In this document: positions 18,889 to 30,500 of the stretch, piece after piece
Layout of the letters: every line of letters starts with the position of its first letter
How positions within the stretch are numbered: the stretch's first letter is position 1
Source: an uncultured bacterium
GTDB lineage: Bacteria > Chloroflexota > UBA5177 > JANWHV01
DNA length: 64,000 bases
Direction: 5' to 3'
Assembly (NCBI GenBank): GCA_963827235.1
Contig: CAWHAE010000012.1
Location: 192,001-256,000 of the forward strand
Position numbers and translations under genes: made by a program
The notes under the pieces: generated by a model
The model's input: the letters and a program-made list of their open reading frames with translations, nothing else
What the model was told of the DNA's origin: nothing
Databases searched by the model: none

Positions 18889-19045
18889 CGGGCAGCAACG
18901 CCGTGCGCCGGATACGACCTCGGCACGGTCAGGTTCGGCGTTCCCGGCGGCACACGCGCCACAACAGTGGGATTCTTGCAGAGAAAAGCCTGCCCAGCTG
19001 TTGCCAATGTGCGTATGCTGAGAGTAGTGACGAGGAGAGCATGCG

Positions 19046-19438
19046 ATGGCCCAACGCCCGCCGCCACTCTGGCAACCGGTTCGACAGCTGCCTTTCGTGG
19101 CAGCCTTGATCGACGACCTGTCGCAGACAGCGGAGAAGCAGTATCAGACCCTCCGGCGCGCCGGTGACGGCACACACGAGCTCGACGAGTATGCGCTCAG
19201 GCAGATTGTCGACCTGTTCTCGCGAGAGCGCGATGATCTGCCCGTGTTTGAGGAGCAGTTGCAGCGCTGGCTGGCGCTGGACCTGAGCGAGACTCAGGAG
19301 CACGAGATACGTCGTCTGCGGGGGCGTCTGGACCGCCTGGGCGAGCTGGTGCCCGCGATCCTGGCCATGGCCGAAGAGCTCAAGAGCAGCATCATCAGGG
19401 ACCTGTCGCTGCGACGACGGACTCACTACCCCTTGTGA
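19046..19438 (+). CDS. Hypothetical helical protein
   Basis: Coding-like codon use; GAGGAG RBS upstream. Confidence 0.7.
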   Translation: MAQRPPPLWQPVRQLPFVAALIDDLSQTAEKQYQTLRRAGDGTHELDEYALRQIVDLFSRERDDLPVFEEQLQRWLALDLSETQEHEIRRLRGRLDRLGELVPAILAMAEELKSSIIRDLSLRRRTHYPL

Positions 19439-19468
19439 CCGGCTTTGCCCCGCCCGGCCTCCCTCGAA

Positions 19469-20917
19469 TCAGACGCCGGGTGAATCGCCGGCGAGCGGCG
19501 GCCACAACGATTGCACCTCGGGCATGGCCGAACACAGGGCGTGGGCGGCTCGCAGGACCAGCGACTCGCTCCAGGACGGCCCGGTGAGCTGCATGCCTAC
19601 CGGCACACCCTGCTCGTCGAAACCGGCGCGGAACGCGCAGGATGGCAGGCCGGCCAGGTCCTGAGGCGTGGTGTAGGGCAGCACGAGACTGCGGAACGGC
19701 ACGTTCCGGCCGTCGTGCAGGAGATCTTCGTCGCCGATCCGTACGGGCGATCCGGCGGCCACGGGGGTGAGCAGCAGATCGATCTCGCCGTCGAAGAGCT
19801 GCGCGAAGTCGGTCCGCACTTGCCGGCGAGCCTGCCGAGCCTCGATGTACTCGGCAAGCGTGATCCGGGCCGCCTGCTCCAGCCGCGACGCCACGTCCGC
19901 GCCGTACAGCGACTTCCGGGCAGGGTAAAGACCGTATTGCACGTGATGGACTCGGTACGCCTCGGCATCCCGGATCGCGCGGAAAGTGCTATCGATCAGC
20001 CCGGCTGAGAGCAGAGAGACGTCGATAAGCCTGGCGCCCAGGCCGGCAAGCAGGCGCGTGCTGGCCTCGAAGGCGCCGCGCACGCCGGCGCTCAGCGCCA
20101 CCGGATGCAAATCGGGGCAGATACCCACGCGCAGCGAGGCGATGCCCTGCCGCAGCGCGTCCGAGTAGCGCGGCACTGCCATCACCTCGGCCGAGCGGTC
20201 GCCGGGCTCGTGGCCCGCCAGCACCTCCAGCAGCAAGGCGGCGTCCTCTACGGTGCGAGCCATGGGACCGGGATGGTCCAGCGATTGGGCCAGCGGGAAG
20301 ACACCCCTCGCGCTGACGCGCCCGTAGGATGGCTTGAGACCCACCACGCCGCAGTACGCTGCCGGGATGCGAATCGATCCGGCCGTGTCGGTGCCCAGCG
20401 CCGCCGGAACCATGCGGGCGGCCAGTGCCACGGCGGAGCCTCCGCTCGATCCGCCCGCCACCACACCCGGGCTCCAGGGGTTGTGTGTCGGTCCAAAGTG
20501 CGGGCTCACGGTGGTGATGCCCCAGGCGAACTCGTGCGTGGCCGTCTTGCCGATCAGTATGGCTCCGGCGTCCCTGAGCCGGCGGACCGCCGTCGCGTCC
20601 TCGGCCGGCACGTGCTCGGCGAAGATCGGCGATCCGTACGTGGTCCGCAGTCCGGCCGAGTCGTACATGTCCTTGGCCGCGAAAGGAATGCCGTGGAGCG
20701 GGCCGCGGGAATGGCCGCGGGACAGCTCCTCGCCGCGCGATCGCGCCTCGGACAGCGCCTGCTCCGCGGCGACGGTGCTGAAGGCACGCAGGGCCGGGTT
20801 GCCGGCTTCGATGCGCTCCAGCAAGCGGCCGATCACTTCCAGCGGCGAGAATGCCCGCGACGCGTAACCCGCACGCAGCTCGGCGATGCTCATCATGGCC
20901 AGATCGGTATGCGTCAC
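19469..20917 (-). CDS. Amidase signature family protein (GatA-like)
   Basis: GIPFAAKD, GGSSGGS, GTDTAGSIRIP; start uncertain. Confidence 0.92.
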   Translation of the reverse strand: MTHTDLAMMSIAELRAGYASRAFSPLEVIGRLLERIEAGNPALRAFSTVAAEQALSEARSRGEELSRGHSRGPLHGIPFAAKDMYDSAGLRTTYGSPIFAEHVPAEDATAVRRLRDAGAILIGKTATHEFAWGITTVSPHFGPTHNPWSPGVVAGGSSGGSAVALAARMVPAALGTDTAGSIRIPAAYCGVVGLKPSYGRVSARGVFPLAQSLDHPGPMARTVEDAALLLEVLAGHEPGDRSAEVMAVPRYSDALRQGIASLRVGICPDLHPVALSAGVRGAFEASTRLLAGLGARLIDVSLLSAGLIDSTFRAIRDAEAYRVHHVQYGLYPARKSLYGADVASRLEQAARITLAEYIEARQARRQVRTDFAQLFDGEIDLLLTPVAAGSPVRIGDEDLLHDGRNVPFRSLVLPYTTPQDLAGLPSCAFRAGFDEQGVPVGMQLTGPSWSESLVLRAAHALCSAMPEVQSLWPPLAGDSPGV

Positions 20918-21260
20918 GTGGCGTTTCCCCACACTCACCGCACGGCTGAAAAGCCGATCATCCGAATGTCAGCATATCGTACCCGTGCCACGCGTATGCG
21001 GGTGCGAGCCTCTCGCGGGCGTACCTGACATCTGTGATCTTGCGCTTCGGCTAGCCGCTCCTGGGACCGCGGCCGTCTCGGCCGCCTCCGGAGGTGTCGG
21101 CCATGGCTTCCATCGTCTCGCGTCAACACGCCTCTGCGTGACGATACCCAGGTGGCCCCGCCTCTAGCCCGATGAAGCGCCAGTGACGAACGTTGAGCAG
21201 TCTGCCGGTGCCATTACGGCAGCTCTCGGCCCGGCGAGCAGGCAGCCCGAGCGCTCACAG

Positions 21261-22037
21261 TCACCGGTCTGCCACGCCCACGGCCACCGCTCGATCCGAA
21301 GGGCCAGGTGCGGCCTCGGCGCGGCGCTGCAGCGCGTAGATGACCCACGGCGCTACCTTCGTCTCGCTCACCCACTCGTACGGCTCCGTGCCGGAGGCAA
21401 GGGGTCTGTACACGCCGACCGGCCGCAGGCCCGCCGCCTCGTACACGGCGCGATACGCCGCGTCCGTGCACAGGATGTCGTCGACCGGCCGCCGATCGCC
21501 GTGGTCGGTGACCACCGTGCGCACGCGGTCGCCGTCACGGGCCTGCCGGTTCTCCGGGAAGTCGCTGGTCGTAAATGACGCCCACTCGTGCGTGTAGATG
21601 TCCGGCGACGAGACGATGCTCACTATTGTCCCACCGGGGGCAAGCAGGCCGGCCAGGCTGGTGAAGATTCTCACCTTCTCGGCGGCCGGAATGTTGTCGA
21701 AGGTGAACGCGGAAAGCACCAGGTCGAAGGACTGCCCGGCGAAGATGCTCAGATCGTCGCCAGGTACCAGGCGATAGTCGCCTGCCGGGTCCGAGGCTCG
21801 GGCAATGCCAAGCATATCCTCCGAGATGTCCACGCCGGTGGAGGCGAAGCCGAGCCGCCGGAGCAAGCGTGTCGAGCGTCCGGTGCCGCAGCCGAAATCA
21901 AGGGCCCGCGTGCCGCCCGCGTGCGCGGAGATGATCTGAGGCAGGTCGCGACAGGCGAGGTGGTAAGTGTTGTCGAAGGCTAGCGTGGCGTAGGCGGCAG
22001 CGCGGCCGGCATCCTCGTAGCAGTTGGTGAATCCCAT
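21261..22037 (-). CDS. Class I SAM-dependent methyltransferase
   Basis: ALDFGCGTG, GVDIS, FDLV. Confidence 0.88.
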   Translation of the reverse strand: MGFTNCYEDAGRAAAYATLAFDNTYHLACRDLPQIISAHAGGTRALDFGCGTGRSTRLLRRLGFASTGVDISEDMLGIARASDPAGDYRLVPGDDLSIFAGQSFDLVLSAFTFDNIPAAEKVRIFTSLAGLLAPGGTIVSIVSSPDIYTHEWASFTTSDFPENRQARDGDRVRTVVTDHGDRRPVDDILCTDAAYRAVYEAAGLRPVGVYRPLASGTEPYEWVSETKVAPWVIYALQRRAEAAPGPSDRAVAVGVADR

Positions 22038-22359
22038 TGCTTCTCCCGCACAACAAATGCGACTTCAGGTCACGGCCCGATCGATCGCTTCGAGCCTTGG
22101 GCAGTCTTCAATCTATTCACTGGAAATCCCGCTCGCAAGCGCCAATTCACGGCAAACGGCCGGGCCATTTCGTGTTCTTGGCGAGGCAGGAGCCGCTTCG
22201 CGTTCCGGCGACGCGGCCGGCTTCATCATGCTCCTCGCATGCCCATCCCGCATGCCGCCGCCGTTGCCGGCTCGAGCGCGGGTACGGCCAGAGGTCGTTT
22301 GCCCTGTTCGTCGCGATCCCAGCTCACCCGTGGGGATTCCATCCTTATGCCGGGATCCG

Positions 22360-22627
22360 CGGCCGCGTCGAGCCGCTGCTCGGGCGTCATCCCGATCTGG
22401 CGGGTCAGAGAGCCGTCGAGTTTCGTATCATTCTGGATGACCGGGAGGTCTTCCGCAGCGGCAGGATGACCGGCGCGACAACGGCACGTCGAGTCGTAAT
22501 CCCGCCACGCCACGCGTCCGCCATGACGCTGCAGGCGGAGGATGCCTTAGTGCAGGGCAGGTGGTGGCACGGTCAAGCCATCTGCGGCCAGCCACGGCTG
22601 ATACGAACCACGCCGGCAGGATCCTGA
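22360..22627 (+). pseudogene. NPCBM/NEW2-like carbohydrate-binding domain remnant
   Basis: VEFRIILDDREVFRSGRMTG...MTLQAEDA...GQPRL resembles the NPCBM C-terminal half; no convincing start. Confidence 0.4.
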
Positions 22628-22750
22628 TCCCTTGACGCGGGCCTTGGTTGCCGCGCGCTCCATTCAAGCGCGGGACAGTCCGGCATGCCACGTGCAGCCT
22701 CGGATCTCGATCACCGGCCGTCGACGTGTAGAGAAAGGCGTCCTTTGCAC

Positions 22751-23398
22751 ATGCAATTGATCATTGTTCGTCACGGTCAATCAACAGGCAACATCACCAC
22801 GGACGACGTACCGGACGGCGACCTCACGCCAGCCGGCCTGCGGCAGGCGCGCGAAACCGCCCAGCGGTTGGCTGGTGAGGGCATCACCCACGTCATCGCC
22901 AGCCCGCTGGTGCGCGCCCTGCTCACCGCTACCGCGATTGCCGATGCGTCCGGCATCGATCAGGTCGCGGTGTGGCCCGCGTTGCAGGAGCATCGCGACA
23001 CCCTGCATCGCGGGCTGGGCAGGAAGGCACTGCTCAGCCGCTCGCCAAAAGCTCTTCTTCCGGACAGCGTGGAAGAGGACGGTTGGGACCACGGGGACGA
23101 GACGCACGAATCCGCTCGCCGGCGCGCGGTGGACGCGCTTGCCGCGTTGCGCGCACGCTATCATGCCGCCGAGAAGGTGGTAGTTGCCACGCACTGGACG
23201 TTTGGCTGCTACCTGCTGCGGGCCGTGTTCCACGTGCAAAGCCCGCTTCCCGTGTGGTTCAAGCTGAACAACTGCGGCGTCAGCAGGATCGACTTTGCCG
23301 ACCCGCCCTCGCACGATCCCGGGTTCGACTATGAGATGGCAGAGGTGAACGTCGTGAGCGTGAACGACGTCTCGCACCTGAGCGAGATATCGCAGTGA
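22751..23398 (+). CDS. Histidine phosphatase family protein
   Basis: IIVRHGQS, ASPLVRA, ATH, LNNCG, VNDVSHL. Confidence 0.9.
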   Translation: MQLIIVRHGQSTGNITTDDVPDGDLTPAGLRQARETAQRLAGEGITHVIASPLVRALLTATAIADASGIDQVAVWPALQEHRDTLHRGLGRKALLSRSPKALLPDSVEEDGWDHGDETHESARRRAVDALAALRARYHAAEKVVVATHWTFGCYLLRAVFHVQSPLPVWFKLNNCGVSRIDFADPPSHDPGFDYEMAEVNVVSVNDVSHLSEISQ

Positions 23399-23549
23399 CA
23401 GCACGTGAGCCGGCGATCGGCCTGCACGTGTTCCCGGTGGGGTAGAATCCCGAGTGTAGACGCGGGCACTCCTGCGCGGCGGGACGCGCTCCGCGCGATG
23501 CGGCTGCCAGGCCGGCGCCGCGCATAAGGCCCAGGGAGGAGACCCCGTC

Positions 23550-24536
23550 GTGTCGAAGCTCACGATCGCGCTGTTGCAGATGACTTCGTGCGGCGCCGAC
23601 GTCGCGCTGAACCAGGCCAAGGGCGAGGACTACTGCCGGCGGGCCGCCGCCATGGGCGCGGATGTCGCTCTGTTCCCCGAGATGTGGAGCAACGGCTACG
23701 CGTCGTTCGCCGTCTCGAGCGGTGATGGGCCGGATCTCTACCGGGCACGGCAACGCTGGGTACAGGATCCGCGCCCGGCGCCGTCGATCGACCCCGAGGC
23801 CTACCAGAGCTGGGCGGAAGGCGCCCTTGAAGACACCGGCCCCTACGTGGCCACCTTTCGCGACCTAGCTCGCCGGCTCGACATGGCTATTGCCGTCACC
23901 TACTTGCAGCGTTGGCAGGGTGCGCCACGCAACGCCATGACCCTGATCGACCGGCATGGGGAACTCATGTTCACCTACGCCAAGGTGCACACCTGCGACT
24001 TTGACCTGCCGGAAGCGTGCCTGACTCCCGGCGATGAGTTCTACGTGTGCGACCTGGACACGGCGGCCGGGACCGTCAAGATCGGCGCCATGATCTGCTA
24101 TGATCGCGAGTTCCCGGAGAGCGCGCGCATTCTGATGCTCAAAGGCGCCGAGATCATCCTCACACCCAATTCCTGCGATCTCGAAGCGCATCGTATCGCC
24201 CAGTTCCGTGTGCGTGCCTTCGAGAACATGGTGGGCGCAGCGATGACCAACTACGCGGCGCCGCAAGAAAACGGCCACTCCGTGGCCTTCGATCCGATCG
24301 CCTTTGGCGAGCACGGCGTCTCGCGCGACACCTGCGTGGTCGAGGCCGGCGAGGAGGAAGGCATCTACCTGGCAAGGTTCGACCTCGGCAACCTGCGGGA
24401 CTGGCGGTTGCGGGAGACCTGGGGCAACTCCTTCCGCAAGCCGCATCGCTACGGCCTGCTCACGTCGCTCGGGGTCGCCGAGCCCTTTGTCCGCCTCGAC
24501 TCGACCGGCCGCCCCTACGACAGGACGCGCCGGTAA
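23550..24536 (+). CDS. Carbon-nitrogen hydrolase family protein
   Basis: FPEMW, YAKVH, ICYDREFPE (E-K-C triad). Confidence 0.92.
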   Translation: MSKLTIALLQMTSCGADVALNQAKGEDYCRRAAAMGADVALFPEMWSNGYASFAVSSGDGPDLYRARQRWVQDPRPAPSIDPEAYQSWAEGALEDTGPYVATFRDLARRLDMAIAVTYLQRWQGAPRNAMTLIDRHGELMFTYAKVHTCDFDLPEACLTPGDEFYVCDLDTAAGTVKIGAMICYDREFPESARILMLKGAEIILTPNSCDLEAHRIAQFRVRAFENMVGAAMTNYAAPQENGHSVAFDPIAFGEHGVSRDTCVVEAGEEEGIYLARFDLGNLRDWRLRETWGNSFRKPHRYGLLTSLGVAEPFVRLDSTGRPYDRTRR

Positions 24537-24644
24537 GCACGCGGCGCACCTGGACCGCAGTCCCTCATGAGCTGCCATGCGTTCGCAATCGCGGGCTGCC
24601 GCGGCCCCACCTGCCCTGCCGCGGCCGGAGGCCGGTCCGGCCAA

Positions 24645-27305
24645 TCACAAGGTCTTGAAGATCGTGATGCTCCCGCCCCGGTCGGTCTCCGCGATGCCGC
24701 CGTTGAGCACCACCACCAGGCCTCGATGCTCGTCGACGGCCACTGCAATCGGCTGCGTGCCGACGCGCACGGTGCGCACGACCTGGCCGGTGGCGGTGCT
24801 GAGTACGCTGACCGTGCCGCTGCCCTGGTTGGTCACGTAGACGCGCCCATGCGTGCCGTCCAGCGCGGCCGCGCTGGGTGAAGCGCCCACTTTGACGATG
24901 CGTACGAGCTTGCCCTGCGCGGTATCCAGGACGGCGACGGCGTCGTCGGCGGGGTCCAGCACGAAGGCGTGCCTGCTGCTCGGATCGACCAGAATCGACC
25001 GCGGTGTCACACCAATGTTTACCGGTGCCTGCAGCCGGTTCCCCACTACCAGACCGACGCCGCCTCCCAGCGATATGAGGGCGCTGCCTTTGGCGGGCGC
25101 CGCCGCGACGGCCCAGGGAAGGGCACTGCCCAGGCGAACGGATGTGATCAGCTTCCCGCTTCGACCGTCCAGCACCAGCAGGCTGCTGGGCGTCATTTGG
25201 TCCACGACGTAGACCCGGCTGCCGTCGCTGCTCACCGACAACGCGTACGGGTCGCCGGAGACCACGCAGCCGGCTATCGCCGCGGTGGCCGCGTCGATGG
25301 CACAGGTGCGCCTACCGGCAATCACAAACAGGCGATTCGTGGGCACGTCGACCGCCAGCGCGTACGGCGCGCCGCCGTTCGCCAGGCCGCCTAGTGAGAT
25401 GCCTTTGCCGCTAGCTCGTCCGCTCCGGCTGTCGTACACCCCGACCGATTCGCCGGTTCCGTTGGCTACGAACAGGCGGTGGATGGCCGGGTCGACCGCT
25501 ATCCGCCAGGGTGCCGATCCCGTTGCCTGGTCGGGCAGCAGGTGCCCCGTGGTCTGGTCGATGGTCAGAAGCAGGTTGTCGTTGCTCATGGCGACAAAGA
25601 CGCGCCCGGCGGCGGCGTCGACGGCCAACAGCCCGGCATTCCCATAGGGCGCGTGCGTGCCGGCAAGCGGGGCGTGGGACAGCGGCACGGTACACGGCGA
25701 CGCGCAGGATGCCGCGGCCGCGGTTCTTGTAGCCCTCGGCCTCGCCGTGGCAGTCGGTCGTTGCGTGCTGGTCGGCCGGCGCGTGCTGGTCGGTCGTGGC
25801 GTGCTGGTCGGTCGTGGCGTGCTGGTCGGCTTTCTGGTCGCCGTGGCGCTGGCGGTCGGTCTCTTGGTCGCCGTGGCGCTGGCGGTCGGTCTCCTGGTTG
25901 CCGTGGCCCTGGGCGTCGCCGTGGGTCTTGCCGTGGGCGTGCGGGTGGGAATGACCGGCGTGGCCGTGCTGGTTCGGGTGGCGGTCGGCGCAGCGGGCTT
26001 GCCTTCGACGTAGAGGCGGACAGTGGCTACGAGGCCGCTGTGCGTCCCCGATACCGAGATCGTGTTCCAGCCGTATGGCGCCGAGTTGGGCACCTGGAAC
26101 CGGAGACTGCCGAACCTGCCCTGGCCATCGGCGACCACCGCTAGCATGAAGGCGCCGTCAAACCGGCCCAGCACGATCTCGTTGGCGGCATATTGCGTGC
26201 CGCTGACCACGATCCAGTCGCCGCGGTGCGCGGTCGACGGATGCACCGACAGCACCGGCTTGACCAGCGGCTCGATCACCAGCGTCGTGGTGGCGGCTCG
26301 GCGACTGCGGCTGCCGGTAGCCGTCACGGTATGCCGTCCGGCGCCGAAGGCGGCGCGGAAGCTGATCGAGAACTTGCCGGTCTGGTCGCTGGTCGCGCCG
26401 GCAATCCGCTTGCCGTCGACGCCGATCGCTACCGGCTCCTTCGGCGCAAAGCCGGTGCCGGCCAGGGTCGTCACTCCGCCCGCCGCTAGGGAGCCGGGGT
26501 TCAGCGTCACCACAGCCGGCGATGCCGCGATGGACAGCGCTGCCGCGGCCGTGTCCCCGCCCGGTCGCCCGGTCGCCGATACCACGTGCAGTCCCGGCGA
26601 GAGCGTGGCTGGTACCTGCAGCGCACCGCTCGTGAAGCTTCCGCTATTGTCGGCGGTCGCCGTCCCGGCGGCGGTGCCGTCCAGCTCCAGGCTGACGGTC
26701 TCTCCCGGGGTGAAGCCGGCGGCCGATACGACGAAGGTCGAGCCGGCGACACATATCAGGGGCGTGAGGTCGATTGCCGGCGGCGGCGCGATCCGCGCCA
26801 CGACCGTCGCTATGCCCGCTACGGTGCGGCCGCTGGACACTCCCCTCATGGTAATCGTGTACGTGCCGAGGGCGGTGCCGCTCGGCACCGTGTAGGCGTA
26901 CCCCTCGAGCTTGCCGGCCGTGTCGGCCAGGCCGTAGCCGCTGGATCCATCCGCGTAGGTGACCAGGATTTGCTCGCCCGGACTGAAGCCGGTCGCCGTC
27001 ACCAGCGTGACGCCGCCGGCGACCACGACGGGCGGGGTCAAGGTAACCATGGTGACATAGGGCGTGGTTGCCGCCACAATCGGCACCGGCGAGGCGGCCG
27101 CGTCGCGCACCGCCTGGCCTTGCGCGCCCAGCATGCCATAATGCCCTCGAGTGGGCGATTGCGCTCCCGGTAAATCCGTGGCAGTCTGAGCACGTACTAT
27201 TGATGAGCTCAAGAATGGTAGGGGACCGGCGCTCGTGACGGCGATGCTCAAACCAAGAGCCATTGGCACTGTTGCCTTGAGCAGCATTCTTGCTGGAATC
27301 GCCAT
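24645..27305 (-). CDS. Large secreted protein: four Ig-like repeats, Pro/Thr linker, YVTN/YncE beta-propeller
   Basis: Hydrophobic N-terminus; repeated GF(S/T)PGE..V units; PTAT repeats; RVYVTNQGSGTVSV blades; start uncertain. Confidence 0.8.
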   Translation of the reverse strand: MAIPARMLLKATVPMALGLSIAVTSAGPLPFLSSSIVRAQTATDLPGAQSPTRGHYGMLGAQGQAVRDAAASPVPIVAATTPYVTMVTLTPPVVVAGGVTLVTATGFSPGEQILVTYADGSSGYGLADTAGKLEGYAYTVPSGTALGTYTITMRGVSSGRTVAGIATVVARIAPPPAIDLTPLICVAGSTFVVSAAGFTPGETVSLELDGTAAGTATADNSGSFTSGALQVPATLSPGLHVVSATGRPGGDTAAAALSIAASPAVVTLNPGSLAAGGVTTLAGTGFAPKEPVAIGVDGKRIAGATSDQTGKFSISFRAAFGAGRHTVTATGSRSRRAATTTLVIEPLVKPVLSVHPSTAHRGDWIVVSGTQYAANEIVLGRFDGAFMLAVVADGQGRFGSLRFQVPNSAPYGWNTISVSGTHSGLVATVRLYVEGKPAAPTATRTSTATPVIPTRTPTARPTATPRATATRRPTASATATKRPTASATATRKPTSTPRPTSTPRPTSTRRPTSTQRPTATARPRATRTAAAASCASPCTVPLSHAPLAGTHAPYGNAGLLAVDAAAGRVFVAMSNDNLLLTIDQTTGHLLPDQATGSAPWRIAVDPAIHRLFVANGTGESVGVYDSRSGRASGKGISLGGLANGGAPYALAVDVPTNRLFVIAGRRTCAIDAATAAIAGCVVSGDPYALSVSSDGSRVYVVDQMTPSSLLVLDGRSGKLITSVRLGSALPWAVAAAPAKGSALISLGGGVGLVVGNRLQAPVNIGVTPRSILVDPSSRHAFVLDPADDAVAVLDTAQGKLVRIVKVGASPSAAALDGTHGRVYVTNQGSGTVSVLSTATGQVVRTVRVGTQPIAVAVDEHRGLVVVLNGGIAETDRGGSITIFKTL
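25740..25990. repeat. Coding tandem repeats (PTSTPR / ATATRRPT linker)
   Basis: 18-bp units such as GCGTGCTGGTCGGTCGTG and 30-bp units visible in sequence. Confidence 0.8.
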
Positions 27306-27521
27306 CCTGCCGCGCACCCTCGGCTTTCTTCTGTACGGAGGAGCGCCGATCCGCGCCCACCTGTTCAACGAGCCAAACGCATCATACCCCGACCCCGGCG
27401 CCGGCTTCTATAGTCATTCGGGCGCGAGTTATTCGGGCGTCACTCCGTGGCGCGGCCGGGTAGCCGGCCGCGCGTGTCTCGACGGGCCGGCACTCGCCGG
27501 CTGCTCGCTTGGAGAGTGCGA

Positions 27522-30500
27522 GTGAATCTGCGTGTTGGATCCGAGGTCGGGCCTTACAAGATCGAGAGCGTCGTCGGCGCGGGCAGCATTGCCACCGTAT
27601 ACCAGGCACGCCACAGGCTCCACCAGCGGCTCGACGCGCTGAAGGTATTCCACGATACGCTGGCAGCGGATCCGAGCTTTCAGGCGCGCTTCTACTCCGC
27701 GGCAGAGGATCTGGCTCGGCTCAAGCATCCCAACATCGTGCAGCTCTTCGACGTGCAGGCCGTGGACTCCTACTCGCTGGCCCTGGAGTTTGTCTCTGGG
27801 GGAACGCTACACGGCCTCCTCGAGCAATACCCGCAGGGCACGGTCCCCTTGCCGGTCGTGCTCAAGCTGATGACCGAGGCTGCCGAGGCGCTCGAGCACG
27901 CGCACAGGAACGGCGTGGTTCATGGCGAGCTCGATCCAGGGAATATTCTGCTGAGCGCATCCGGAGCCGGTAACGGCAATGCCTACACCGCGAAGCTTGG
28001 CGACTTTGGACTAGCACAGCTCGCGTCGGGAAGCAAAGTGCTGCCAAAGCTGCCTTCACAGGGATCGCTCGCCTATATGGCGCCGGAGCAGTTGGCCGGC
28101 GAGGCGGGTGACTGGCGCGGCGACCTGTTTTCGCTTGGTGCGGTCCTCTATCACCTGATCGTCGGCGAGCCGCTCTTCACGGCGCCCACATGGCGTGCCG
28201 CCAGGGAGGAGCGCCTGCACGCCGAAATCAGGCCACCATCCGATCGACGCGACGGCGTGCCGCCGGCGCTGGATGCCATTACTCTGCGCCTGCTGGCGAA
28301 GCAACCCGACGAGAGATACGCCTCGGCGGATCAGGTCGCCGTGGCACTTCGACGCGCGAGGCTGGAACTGACCAAGCAGAACCGGAGCGCGGCCACGGCC
28401 GAGACCGTGTCGCCCGCGGAGGAGCCGGCGCCGGCAGAGGTCCCGGCAGAGCCCGAACAGGATCTGTTTGCGTCCATGACCGCGAATGGAAGCTGGGAAA
28501 GCAGCATCCCGGTGAGCGCTCCTGAGTGGCAGGCACTGCTGGACGACACGGATGGCGCGGAAGCCCCGGTGCCCGATGGCACGGCGGTGGGTGCAGCATC
28601 CTCCGCGGAGGCGCGCCCGGTTGAGCCGAGCGTCCCTGAGTCGGCGTCCGCACATCCCGGCGACGCCGTCCCTGCCGTGCTGCTTGGCAGGTCGGCGCCC
28701 AGCACTCCGGCTCAGATGTATGCGGGTCTCCATGCGGCCGCTCGCCGGCAGGGCGCGCGTGGCGCGCCGCCGGAAGCGGCCGCGCTCAGGCCGACCCGGC
28801 CGGTCATGCCGGCAAGGCGCCGATCGCGATTCCCCGTCTGGCCCAAGGTGGCGCTGCCCCTAGCGCTCGTGACGGTCGTGCTCCTGCTCATACGGCAGCA
28901 ATTGATGCCCGGCGGTCCGTCCCTCAGCCGGCCGCCGGACGTGTCCTTCGGCGCGCGCCTGATCGGGGCTGCTCCGGTCGCTGAGCGGCAGATTACCTTC
29001 AGCAACAGCGGCGGCGGCTATCTCACCTTCCATCTGAGTACCGCGCCCGCGGGGCAGCGCAGCTTTGCCGTCAAACCACTGGATCGGCAGCAATGCGGCA
29101 TGGCTGCCGGGCAGCAGGCCGGCCGGCTCGCGGCTCACGGCGACTGTACCCTCGTGGTGACCTTCTCTCCTCGTTCCGCCGGCCAGGCCACGGCGAGTCT
29201 GCAGGTGCAAAGCGACGCGGGAAACCGCCTGGTCCACCTGAGCGGCTCCGGCGTCGACGCATCGCCGGCCCGCTACAAAGCTGCGGACCTGGTCGCGCCG
29301 GCGCGCGCGCTGAAGGCCGGCGCCGGCCTCCAGGTTGCCCTGGTCAACACGAGCGTCGCCGATTTGAGCATCGCGGCGTCAATAGCCGGGTCACCCGACT
29401 TCCGCTTGACGTCCGGACACGATCGCTGTGCGATCCTCCGGCAAGGCACGTCGTGCACCCTGGGCGTCGTCTTTGCTCCAAGCGCCAGCGGTTCGCGAAG
29501 CGGGACGCTCGTGCTGGCGGAGGTCTTCTCGCTCAGCGGCCAGCGCACGAGCACGACCGAGCGGCTGGATCTGCGGGGCGAGGGCGTGAGGCTGGAGCCG
29601 GCGACAGGTGCCGGCACCCCGGCGGGCGGTCTCCTCTTTGGCCGCGGTGGCGTGGGCACGAGCAGCACGCGGGCACTCACTCTGACCGTGGCCGGCACTA
29701 CTCGCCTGCCCCGGCTCACCGGCAGCATCACCGGCACCAAGGACTTCACTGTCGGCGCCGTGGCCTGCACCTGGATCGGGGCGCGGAAGGCCGCCTGTAT
29801 CGTGCCTGTGCGCTTCGCTCCCACCTACGATGCGCGTGCCGCCTCTTCCCAGGTCAAGCAGACCGGAATGCTGCGGTTGGCGGATCGCGCGCTGGGATGG
29901 CAGTACGCCGTGGCCCTGGCAGGAGGCGCGGCCTGGCCGGCTGCCACTTACAGTGGATCGCCGGCCATATCCTTTGCGGCGCTTCGCGTGGGCACTGCCT
30001 CGTCTCCGTCGACCATTACCGTTGCCAACTCCGGATCGGCGCCTCTGCGGGTTACCGGCATCACGCCCTCCATTCCGCCCGGCTTCTCGCTGAAGAGCGA
30101 CTGCCTGGGGCGCGACGTGTCGCCGGGCGGGTCGTGCCGCATCTCCGTTGCCTTTGCTCCCCTTCGGGCCGGGCCTGCACGGCTCAGTCTGGTGGTCGAG
30201 ACCAACGATCCCAGTCCTTCCCGGCGTAGCCGAGCATTCACGCTGGGAGGCACCGGCGTGAACGTGCTCGCCGCGCTACCGGCGCTGATCGATCTCGGCA
30301 ACGTGCACCGCAACGCCACTGCCGGACGGGCAGTGAGCTTTACAGTCGCCGGGATTTCCGGCGACGTCGCTCTCGCCCGACAGGCCGGCGGTGATGGCTC
30401 CGACTACCGTGCGGGCGTCAAATGCGGCAAGGCCGACCAGGCGCTCATCCGCCGCTGCGTGCTCACGATTGCCTTCCACTCGCTCTCGCTCGAGCGTGAG

